Virus record (IMG/VR): IMGVR_UViG_3300033066_002300
Location: 1-64,000 of that record
Source: a virus
Lineage: Duplodnaviria > Caudoviricetes
Reading direction: 5' to 3' (one strand)
Length of the DNA: 64,000 nucleotides
The notes beneath the pieces are model-generated. The model saw nothing but the letters and a program-made list of their open reading frames with translations. It did no database searches and was not told the DNA's origin. Both the position numbers and the translations under genes were made by a program. Shown here piece by piece: positions 56,567 to 64,000 of this stretch (its first letter is position 1; each line of letters begins with the position of its first letter).

Positions 56567-57055
56567 TTATATTTCAGAGTGTAATTTCCAGAACTGTCTT
56601 ATATTTTTCAAGATTTTACCAAGTCTGTTTTCTCCCACTCCATCACACACACCATAAGTAATATCGCCCCAGTGATTTGTTTCCTCGATATATTTGTTTC
56701 CTGTTTCAAGCAATTTCTCTCTCAATTCCGTATTTCTATAGAATTTATCGAAAATGCAAGATGACATTACATCATATTTTACTTCTTTCCAATCTGCTCT
56801 AAAGTATTCAGTTTTTTCTAATGCCCTACCTGCTTTCATTGCTACTTTTGGCTCCATCGTGGTAAACTCCTTGCGTTTCTCCATATCAAGAGTCTTTGCA
56901 GACTGATATGCAGCTTCAGTTGATGAATATAATAATCCATCAAACCAAACAGGGCAAACATGAAAATTGCTCATCCATCTATATTCTCCAAAGAGACCTT
57001 TAATATTGTTCTCATCATGAACAACATAATCTCTCCATTTACCAAATACAATCAT
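56567..57055 (-). CDS. NADAR family protein (second type)
   Basis: SNF, STEAAYQSAK, KF, L.TG, E.NHWGD..YG, G.N.LG. Confidence 0.9.
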   Translation of the reverse strand: MIVFGKWRDYVVHDENNIKGLFGEYRWMSNFHVCPVWFDGLLYSSTEAAYQSAKTLDMEKRKEFTTMEPKVAMKAGRALEKTEYFRADWKEVKYDVMSSCIFDKFYRNTELREKLLETGNKYIEETNHWGDITYGVCDGVGENRLGKILKNIRQFWKLHSEI

Positions 57056-57061
57056 AGTTTG

Positions 57062-57090
57062 TTATACGTAAAATTTATTTTTAAGTTTCT
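57062..57090 (-). promoter_or_regulatory. ECF-sigma-like promoter AGAAAC-N16-CGTATAA
   Basis: 6 nt before NADAR ATG. Confidence 0.7.
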
Positions 57091-57421
57091 TTAAAAAATT
57101 AAAAATTTTTTGTATTAAGTTTTCTTTATTTGTTTTTTTCTTACTGGTTTCCCACAATTCCTTTGTTGAAATAGGATTACATATAAAGGCTATTACATCA
57201 ACTCTCTTATCATTCTTAATAGTCAATGCTGCCTCTACACTTTTAATCTTATACACCTTATCCTCATAACGAAATGTATCTCCTGGCTCAAAGTTAGCAA
57301 GGAAATCAGAATCATACAATATATCTGTCATCGCAGTCTTGCCACGATTATGTATATTATGTATTGAAGTTATTTTAAGATTTTTGTGATGCATTATAAA
57401 CATTAGCAAGCCATTGCTCAA
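57062..57421 (-). CDS. hypothetical protein
   Basis: ORF in operon. Confidence 0.5.
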   Translation of the reverse strand: MSNGLLMFIMHHKNLKITSIHNIHNRGKTAMTDILYDSDFLANFEPGDTFRYEDKVYKIKSVEAALTIKNDKRVDVIAFICNPISTKELWETSKKKTNKENLIQKIFNFLKKLKNKFYV

Positions 57422-58424
57422 ATGTTATGGTATTCTTTTGTAAAAATTCTATTGCACGCTTATTTTTTTCCTTTGCCCAAGCCTGTTCAACTTCTGTTCT
57501 TTCCGCAAAACTCTTGGCATCACTCTTACCAATTATAGGATAAATTATTTCTTTTATAGAATCCATAATCGTATAATTAGCAAATTCATATTCTCCATTT
57601 GGCAATTTCTTGTAGCTCGGCATTATCTTATCTTCATCTGAAAGAATTTGCATAAATCTGTCAGTGATAGATTTCATGTAAATTTCATATTCCTTATGTA
57701 GAGTAATTTTATTAGCCTCTTGCATAAACTCTCTAACAAGTTCACGTTTAATCTTTTTTGCTGTTTGTCCTGCTGGCTTAAAGCAACTACCAACAATAAC
57801 ACCATCTGTTAATTTCAATTGCTCAGCAACATTCTTAGAATTAACACCAGCTCCAACAATCAATGGGTGCTCCTTAGCCATAGTTCTAAAAGCCTTTATC
57901 TTTTCAATAGGAGTTTCCTTTCCAGTTCCAGAACCAGTAACAACAACTGCATGAGTTCTACGTAAGGCATCTTCCATATCCTGAGGAAGACTCCAAGGAG
58001 TTTCTGGCTCATAATACTTAGGCCAAACACCACCCAACACTTTTATGTCTGGATGCAAAAACTTTTGCAACAAATAATCAGCTTCATCAATAGCAGGAGC
58101 ATTTTTATACTTACCTGCAACATAATCTAATTGAATGAAGTCACATCCAAATTCATGAGCCAATTTAAAAGCTTCTTTATAATCATTAGGCAATACATTT
58201 ATCCCTATTGACAACTTTGTTTCATTGCTGAAATAATTAGGATAAGCTTCAAATAAAGCTCTAATATCCTCAACTCCACCATGATAATTTTCAATAATAA
58301 CTCCATCCAAGCCTTCCTCTTCAAGAATTTTTATCTCTTCCATAGCACGAGCTATTCGTTCACCATTTGTCTCATCTGGAGACAAGTGAATCATACCGAT
58401 TATTACTTTCCTTTTAAAATCCAT
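57375..58424 (-). CDS. btpA: BtpA/SgcQ-family TIM-barrel protein with C-terminal extension
   Basis: IIGMIHL, G.DGVIIEN, GINVL.N, VVTGSGTG, VGAGV, DGVIVGS.FK. Confidence 0.85.
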   Translation of the reverse strand: MDFKRKVIIGMIHLSPDETNGERIARAMEEIKILEEEGLDGVIIENYHGGVEDIRALFEAYPNYFSNETKLSIGINVLPNDYKEAFKLAHEFGCDFIQLDYVAGKYKNAPAIDEADYLLQKFLHPDIKVLGGVWPKYYEPETPWSLPQDMEDALRRTHAVVVTGSGTGKETPIEKIKAFRTMAKEHPLIVGAGVNSKNVAEQLKLTDGVIVGSCFKPAGQTAKKIKRELVREFMQEANKITLHKEYEIYMKSITDRFMQILSDEDKIMPSYKKLPNGEYEFANYTIMDSIKEIIYPIIGKSDAKSFAERTEVEQAWAKEKNKRAIEFLQKNTITFEQWLANVYNASQKS

Positions 58425-58440
58425 TTTGCAAATATATGAA

Positions 58441-59187
58441 TTATTGTTGAATTAACTTAAAAAAATCTCTTTCGAATACAATATTAGTTGGAATCTCGAA
58501 TTCGGAAAAGAAAGAGGCCATTTCCTTTGCAGTATAAAAGTTTAGATTAGTTTCTCTGCAATTATATGGCACCAAAAACTCTTTTTCTGGCATAGACAAT
58601 GCAAAATCATAAAACTCCTTAATCTGTTTCTTAATCTCTTCTTCAGGAATGCTTGGATGTTTTTTTATTCTTAAATCTTTTGTTACAATAGCATAACACT
58701 GTCCTTGATAGCCTCTTGAGAATCCATATTTTAAACCCCAATTTTGATTGCATATTTTAGCAAATCCCTTTCCATGTCTTCCTTCTGGATTTGTTCCAAC
58801 CAAAACAATTTGGTTTTTTTTAAGTTGGGTGATACTGCCAATATAAGTTCTGTACTTTGGCAACTTATCCTCAATTATATTTTTTATTATGGTTGCATGA
58901 CAAGCCTGCGGAGCACAATAGCACACCAAATTAATATCATGACCATTTTTAGCAATTTTCCAAATTCGGTTAAGCTCAGAACAAATTTTCTCATCTTTTT
59001 GAGCTATTTTTTCTGTAATATACTTATAAAAACTTTGAAGTGATTCTTCTCTCGATTTACTAATAAACTCAGCCTTCGTTTCCTTCATGAAGACACTTGT
59101 ATATGGATTACCCAATACAGAACCTCGACCAACATAAATATCATTTTTTGTTGGTGTATGAGTTTTTTTATTTACAACGGTAATCAT
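58441..59187 (-). CDS. DUF4326 domain fused to a macro-like phage domain
   Basis: YVGRGS.LGNPY, L.C.CAP..CHA; then V.GTN.EGRHG.G.A, GQCYAI.T. Confidence 0.7.
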   Translation of the reverse strand: MITVVNKKTHTPTKNDIYVGRGSVLGNPYTSVFMKETKAEFISKSREESLQSFYKYITEKIAQKDEKICSELNRIWKIAKNGHDINLVCYCAPQACHATIIKNIIEDKLPKYRTYIGSITQLKKNQIVLVGTNPEGRHGKGFAKICNQNWGLKYGFSRGYQGQCYAIVTKDLRIKKHPSIPEEEIKKQIKEFYDFALSMPEKEFLVPYNCRETNLNFYTAKEMASFFSEFEIPTNIVFERDFFKLIQQ

Positions 59188-60275
59188 TCTTTTATCTTAC
59201 GAGAACCATCAGGATTAATATGTTTAAATTCATATGGTTCATCGACAAATTCAGGCAACCAATTTCCACCACTATATTCTTCGCAATCTATTTTTCTAGT
59301 AGTATCCCATCTAATAACCACACAATCTTCTTGACCTTCTAATAGAGTATGTAAATTTGAATGTAATGCAAGAACACCATATTCTCCTTTATAATAAACT
59401 GTTCTACCAATATCCTCATATCCAAAAATGGTTTTACTCATTTTTTCAACATATTTTTTTTGTTCCTCTTCTTGTTGTTTTTTTAACAAATACTCATATC
59501 CATACCACTTATATTTTTCGCAATCAATCAAGGCACCTGGAGTCCAATTCTCTGTCCAATGCTCATCTGTTTTAACATGTCCTTCTCGGACAACTTTAAA
59601 CAATGTATTAAACTCATTACTTTGAACTGGGATAATACCACTATTCGAAGCTCCTCCATCAATTCCATTGACAACAAAACCTTCAGAAGCAGGTAAACCA
59701 GTTATTAAATCTATACCTCCAAGTAAACCCGAAGTCTTTGTACTCTCTTCCCATGTCATTCCGAGATTAATTTTAAACCAATCTTGAAGTAACTTATTTT
59801 CATTAATATCTGCCCTATAAAATTCTTTTAATGGAACCTTTATTTCGATTGTAGGTACAACTGGAAAATCTAACATTCCTGCATAAAAACACACTTCTTC
59901 CCATGGAAGCCAAACACCTTTATCTCTTACTCCAAACATATAAAAGAAAGACTCAAGTTTTGTATATCGTATAGAATGAGTGGCATACATATTTTCACCA
60001 AAAATTTCTAAATCTCCTAAGTCATTTTTAAATAACTGCCATCTATCAATCAAAGGCTTATCCCAGGGATGAGCAGAGGACGAAGTATGAGAACGTGCAA
60101 ATACACCGTATTTATTAAAACAATTATTTTGACCATCTAATTTTTCAGACAATCTTAGAGCTCTCATATCAGCAAAAACCTTAACATAACCATCTGGCAT
60201 AAAACGGTCATCAGAAGTAGTTCCAAGACTTATCTGAGCATGAAGTGAGCGACCATATTTTTGCGATTCATTCAT
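59184..60275 (-). CDS. ATP-dependent RNA ligase family protein
   Basis: KY.R..H...S.G.TSDD, EKLDG.N, ARSH, FGEN, EG.V, K.VR..HV.TD.HW. Confidence 0.88.
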   Translation of the reverse strand: MNESQKYGRSLHAQISLGTTSDDRFMPDGYVKVFADMRALRLSEKLDGQNNCFNKYGVFARSHTSSSAHPWDKPLIDRWQLFKNDLGDLEIFGENMYATHSIRYTKLESFFYMFGVRDKGVWLPWEEVCFYAGMLDFPVVPTIEIKVPLKEFYRADINENKLLQDWFKINLGMTWEESTKTSGLLGGIDLITGLPASEGFVVNGIDGGASNSGIIPVQSNEFNTLFKVVREGHVKTDEHWTENWTPGALIDCEKYKWYGYEYLLKKQQEEEQKKYVEKMSKTIFGYEDIGRTVYYKGEYGVLALHSNLHTLLEGQEDCVVIRWDTTRKIDCEEYSGGNWLPEFVDEPYEFKHINPDGSRKIKE

Positions 60276-60284
60276 TATAATTTC

Positions 60285-60313
60285 TTATACGTTTTTTTTA
60301 AAAAAAGGTTTGC
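60285..60313 (-). promoter_or_regulatory. ECF-sigma-like promoter GCAAAC-N16-CGTATAA
   Basis: exact spacing; upstream of RNA ligase. Confidence 0.7.
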
Positions 60314-61110
60314 TATAATCCTTCCTCTATTTTTTTAGCTTTTCTAATATAACCTTCTTTTTCAAAAGGTTCAATAAATACCACTCTAGGTATTGTTCTG
60401 CCTTCTCCAGTCCATCTATGTGCATAATGACCACATACAGCAAAGCCTTCTGTTCTTATACTTGTTATATTCCATTTTGTACTTACTATCGTTAACGGAA
60501 ACTTAAAGTCGTTTAATACTTTACCTGTTTTTTTTGTGCCATATACTTTACCAGGCGCTACATATTCTTCTTGAACATCTGCTAAGAAGAAAAAACTTAA
60601 TAATTTATATACACTCTCTTCTATCTGTTTAACATCATCATGTTCAAAGTGTTCACACAATTCTCCTGTATTTCTATTGAGATAATACATAATCCACTTC
60701 ATATGACCAGTCCCAGCTTTTTTGTCAATATGTTCATATTTGAGATGAAAAAAGTGAATAATATCATCTTGAAATAAAACTCTCATACAAACATTATCAG
60801 GCAATATAAATGTAACTTTTTGATTTTTTACATTCTTAAAATAAGTCCAATCATAATGATTATCTTTTTTCTTAACTTTAAGATATTCCAAGTTATTAAC
60901 AACAGAATCTGTAATAACATAAGGTTTTTGATTTTGACTATGCAATAAAGAATATAAAGAATGAATTTTACTTGAAATTTCTGTTTCTATACCCTTATCT
61001 TCTTTTTCCAATAATTCATTCCACTCTGTTTTATGAGTAGCTTCAATTATTTCTAGCCAGACTTTCTCATCTGTCAAAAAACGATATGCTATGTGATTTT
61101 TAATTACCAT
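60313..61110 (-). CDS. conserved phage protein (V.GH...W.G.GR...I.PF.K.G C-terminal motif)
   Basis: ORF and recurrent phage motif. Confidence 0.65.
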   Translation of the reverse strand: MVIKNHIAYRFLTDEKVWLEIIEATHKTEWNELLEKEDKGIETEISSKIHSLYSLLHSQNQKPYVITDSVVNNLEYLKVKKKDNHYDWTYFKNVKNQKVTFILPDNVCMRVLFQDDIIHFFHLKYEHIDKKAGTGHMKWIMYYLNRNTGELCEHFEHDDVKQIEESVYKLLSFFFLADVQEEYVAPGKVYGTKKTGKVLNDFKFPLTIVSTKWNITSIRTEGFAVCGHYAHRWTGEGRTIPRVVFIEPFEKEGYIRKAKKIEEGL

Positions 61111-61112
61111 TT

Positions 61113-61382
61113 TTATTTTCTTTTTACGTGTTCTCTTGTTGCTAATATGTTTTTAATTAAATCAAGATATTCACTTCTCTGTTTCTGTTCTTCTCTAAAT
61201 TCAGTAAACTCTTCTTTTCGTTTTTTACCACCATATAAATCAGCCATTAATTCACCACAACACTCACAAGTATTTTGAGAAATAAAATTAAAATTTCTTT
61301 TACGCTCTGCCTTATAAAACGCAAGAAGATTTTTTGTATTTATCTTTTCAAGTTCTTCTTGTGTTTTTGTTTTAATTTGCAT
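61113..61382 (-). CDS. hypothetical protein
   Basis: CECCGE; L.TREHV tail. Confidence 0.6.
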   Translation of the reverse strand: MQIKTKTQEELEKINTKNLLAFYKAERKRNFNFISQNTCECCGELMADLYGGKKRKEEFTEFREEQKQRSEYLDLIKNILATREHVKRK

Positions 61383-61722
61383 CTTCTAAATCTAAATGAA
61401 ATTGATGTAATATTCTATGAAATATTGGTCCTGCTAAACAAGCAACACTTGTTAAAAAAGCAACACCACTATATATGGCATATATTGATGAAAATATTTT
61501 ACCTCCATCTGTAGTTGCCTTATCTACTGGACCCATGCCTGTTAGAGTCATTGATGCATTCACTAAGGCATCTACCCAAGAAAGATTTAAATAATATTTA
61601 TACCCTATCATGCCAATTAATAAAGATACTAAAAGCAGCAGTGTAGATATTAGAAGATTAAAAATTATACGTTTAAAAAACTTCTGATTATCAAAACCTT
61701 TTTGTTTAACTTTAACTAACAT
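61372..61722 (-). CDS. small 2-TM potassium-channel-like protein
   Basis: WVDAL.NASMTLTGMGP pore-helix/filter-like motif between TMs. Confidence 0.75.
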   Translation of the reverse strand: MLVKVKQKGFDNQKFFKRIIFNLLISTLLLLVSLLIGMIGYKYYLNLSWVDALVNASMTLTGMGPVDKATTDGGKIFSSIYAIYSGVAFLTSVACLAGPIFHRILHQFHLDLEDAN

Positions 61723-61723
61723 T

Positions 61724-62041
61724 TTAAATTAACAGTTTTAAAAGTTCCTCATTTTCAAATCTTCTCTTGTCAAAAATTTCAACACCATTTTTTCGTGCAG
61801 TAACATACCAAATATCTGAGATAAAAACCTCATAAAAATTCCCATTTATTGTAGTACTTAACCAATCTTCTGACGTTTTTTCTACAGTTTTTACTGGAAA
61901 AAATTTTAGCCAAAAATCTGGTAAAAAATCTCTTCTAAATTCTTCTTTTGAATTTATTGGTACTTGAAATTTATGAAGAGTAAAACCATATTCTTGTTTT
62001 AACACATCCCATAATTCTTTTTCTGTGTCTACTTTTTTCAT
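61724..62041 (-). CDS. hypothetical protein
   Basis: ORF in operon. Confidence 0.55.
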   Translation of the reverse strand: MKKVDTEKELWDVLKQEYGFTLHKFQVPINSKEEFRRDFLPDFWLKFFPVKTVEKTSEDWLSTTINGNFYEVFISDIWYVTARKNGVEIFDKRRFENEELLKLLI

Positions 62042-62043
62042 CT

Positions 62044-62391
62044 CTATCTTATTTTAAAACTTATACCGATTGATGCTATATTTTTTACTGCAGTTACCTG
62101 TTCTCTTATTATAAAACTCATTCTTTTATTAATATAAAATTTTGTTTTAAAATCATATTGCATTCCAGCAGCTAAATTATCATCTAAATTTTGATATTTA
62201 AAGTCTTTTCTATTGAAATTTACATTCATCGCAACAGAAAAAACTCTATTATATTTAACATATAATAAATTTTGAATTTTTACTTTTGGCTTATAATGAA
62301 AGTTATTGTTTACTTTGTGTGTGGTATCAATAAAAAGCCTTTGCGATTTACATGATAATGATACCAACATAAAAAATAAAACCAATCTCAT
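62044..62391 (-). CDS. putative secreted or outer-membrane beta-rich protein
   Basis: signal/lipobox LSC; alternating beta pattern. Confidence 0.5.
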   Translation of the reverse strand: MRLVLFFMLVSLSCKSQRLFIDTTHKVNNNFHYKPKVKIQNLLYVKYNRVFSVAMNVNFNRKDFKYQNLDDNLAAGMQYDFKTKFYINKRMSFIIREQVTAVKNIASIGISFKIR

Positions 62392-63542
62392 TATACAAGT
62401 TTTATAAAATCTCTCTTACCTACTTTAATAATTATACCTGGAGTAGCCTTATGAATACCTTCAATCAATACCCCTTGTTCCATTCCTTCTGAATTTAAAA
62501 TTTTAACAGCATTAGAAGAAATTAAACGTCTTGCCTCATTTTTGCTACAATTACGAACTTTAGTTACAATTTCTACAGTATTAACACTAATACTTCCATC
62601 TTCATTTGGAGCTACTGAAATCTCAGCAATAGATTCTGGAAGTGCCTTATTCTGAATAACACTTTCAAAATGCTCAAGAGATTGCATTGCGTCTTTATAA
62701 CCCCATATTTTATCAGTAATAACAAGAGCCAATCTCTTTTTTTGTTGCATTGGCTCTTTCATATTAATCTCGTCATCCAAAAAAATAGGCCACCATTCTT
62801 TCATTAAATCATCTGATATTGACATTACCTTTCCAAAAACATCTGTTGGAGTATCATTAATGAAAATACAATTATCAAAACTTTTACTCATCTTACGGCC
62901 ATCAGTACCATTAATAATTGGCATAAGAATACATTTCTCTGGTTCTTGACCTTTAATTCTTTGCATATCTCTTGAAATAGCAAAGTTAAACAATTGGTCT
63001 GTGCCTCCTACCTCTATATCTGATTCAAGAACTACAGAGTCATATCCTTGTAAAATTGGCACAACCAATTCATGCATACCAATTGGATTATTTGCTTCTA
63101 TTCTCTTCTGAAATGAATCACGAGAAAGTAATTGGGTTGTTGTAAATTTAGATAGAATATTTGTCATCATAATAGCATTCATGCAAGAAAACCACTCTCC
63201 ATTACGATGAATTATAATATTTTTAAAATTAGGGTGTGAGGAATCTGGATTATCAAATATTCTTGCAATTTGTTCCGTTATGCTATTCGCATTTATTTCA
63301 GTCTCTTCTGATGTTAATATAGGACGCATTGTATCTTTTCCAGACGGGTCTCCAAGTTGAGCTGTAAAATTTCCTAAAACAATATCTATATGATGTCCTT
63401 CATTCCATAATTTTTTTACAAGCATTAACGGAATAAGATGACCTAAATGGAGTTTGTCTGATGTAGGGTCGATTCCAAATTTAATCTTAAGTTTTTTGCT
63501 AAAGTCTATAACTGCATCATTTGGGAAAATAGTATATTTCAT
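62391..63542 (-). CDS. tyrS: tyrosine--tRNA ligase
   Basis: GIDPTS..LHLGH, GDPSGK, LQGYD, GGTDQLFN, KMSKS; S4-like tail. Confidence 0.96.
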   Translation of the reverse strand: MKYTIFPNDAVIDFSKKLKIKFGIDPTSDKLHLGHLIPLMLVKKLWNEGHHIDIVLGNFTAQLGDPSGKDTMRPILTSEETEINANSITEQIARIFDNPDSSHPNFKNIIIHRNGEWFSCMNAIMMTNILSKFTTTQLLSRDSFQKRIEANNPIGMHELVVPILQGYDSVVLESDIEVGGTDQLFNFAISRDMQRIKGQEPEKCILMPIINGTDGRKMSKSFDNCIFINDTPTDVFGKVMSISDDLMKEWWPIFLDDEINMKEPMQQKKRLALVITDKIWGYKDAMQSLEHFESVIQNKALPESIAEISVAPNEDGSISVNTVEIVTKVRNCSKNEARRLISSNAVKILNSEGMEQGVLIEGIHKATPGIIIKVGKRDFIKLV

Positions 63543-63548
63543 ATATTT

Positions 63549-63577
63549 TTATACGTTAATTTACATAAAAAGTTACA
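63549..63577 (-). promoter_or_regulatory. ECF-sigma-like promoter TGTAAC-N16-CGTATAA
   Basis: 6 nt before tyrS ATG. Confidence 0.72.
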
Positions 63578-63635
63578 TCAAAAGAACACTCACTGCACAA
63601 TTTTGATTTTTTTATTATATTTATAATAAAAAAAC

Positions 63636-64000
63636 ATGAATTGGAGCCAAAAAGATGAAAATTTTCTAAAAAAACACTATCCTATAATGGATAATAAAAC
63701 TCTTTCTATAAAACTAAATAGAACTGAAATTAGTTTAAGGCACAAAGCTAAGCAGCTTGGTATAAAAAAAACCAAAGAGTATATTGAAAATTACAAAAAA
63801 AATCCAGCCATAAAATATAACTATATAGATATTTCTTTTGAAGAAATTAAAAATATTGCTCTTAATTATAAAACAAAAACAGAATTTTCGTTAGGCAATA
63901 AAAAAATTTATCAAAAAGCTAAACGTCTTGGTAAAAATAAATTTAATGAAATTTGTTCTCATATGTTTGACCAACACTTTAGTTTGCCTCAGTTAATATT
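63636..64000 (+). CDS. probable homing-endonuclease-type protein, N-terminus (truncated by window)
   Basis: MNWSQKDENFLKKHY Myb-like start; A..YKTK.EF...Y..A repeat; TATTTAT upstream. Confidence 0.55.
   Translation, partial: MNWSQKDENFLKKHYPIMDNKTLSIKLNRTEISLRHKAKQLGIKKTKEYIENYKKNPAIKYNYIDISFEEIKNIALNYKTKTEFSLGNKKIYQKAKRLGKNKFNEICSHMFDQHFSLPQLI

Noticed and set aside
5633-61514. Numerous 60-110 aa ORFs nested in or antisense to long genes (e.g. 7034, 10874, 17483, 28331, 39569, 54903, 59357)
   Set aside because: They overlap well-supported genes and show no motifs.
1-64000. Stop-codon reassignment as in some Bacteroidota phages
   Set aside because: Long genes are intact in code 11, and TAG/TGA end genes at tight operon junctions; only one internal TGA was seen.
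1-64000. CRISPR array, integrase or transposase gene
   Set aside because: No regularly spaced repeats and no recombinase or transposase motifs recognised.

Overview
AT-rich, gene-dense 64-kb segment that reads as the accessory (non-structural) region of a jumbo phage infecting Bacteroidota. This is supported by host-type TTTG-N18-20-TAnnTTTG promoters, a DUF3127 protein and a Bacteroidota-type secreted protein. The code appears standard, with TAG and TGA used as stops. Most genes lie on the minus strand. They encode tRNA/RNA-repair and translation functions (Thg1, GluRS, TyrRS, Pth2, YqeY, RNA ligase, KptA, Pnkp-like proteins, nucleotidyltransferases), NAD/ADP-ribose enzymes (2 NADARs, nicotinamidase), a TerY-vWA/PP2C/kinase triad with TerC and DnaJ, ClpP, CoaD, channels and transporters, and DNA methyltransferases. 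Plus-strand islands carry ribbon-helix-helix proteins and homing endonucleases. Four things stand out. (1) Integron-attC-like hairpin sites delimit gene cassettes. One 411-bp cassette has split a DHH-like gene at a GT dinucleotide, and its removal restores the frame exactly. Two more sites bound methyltransferase genes. (2) Two endonuclease insertions leave an orphan N-terminal stub of the target gene (Thg1, kinase), with a diverged replacement start on the other side. (3) There are three promoter classes, including 11 copies of an ECF-sigma-like AAC-N16-CGTATAA element, often 6 nt before the start codon. (4) Three non-canonical tRNA-like RNAs form a cluster. All product calls come from motif recognition by eye; no searches were run.
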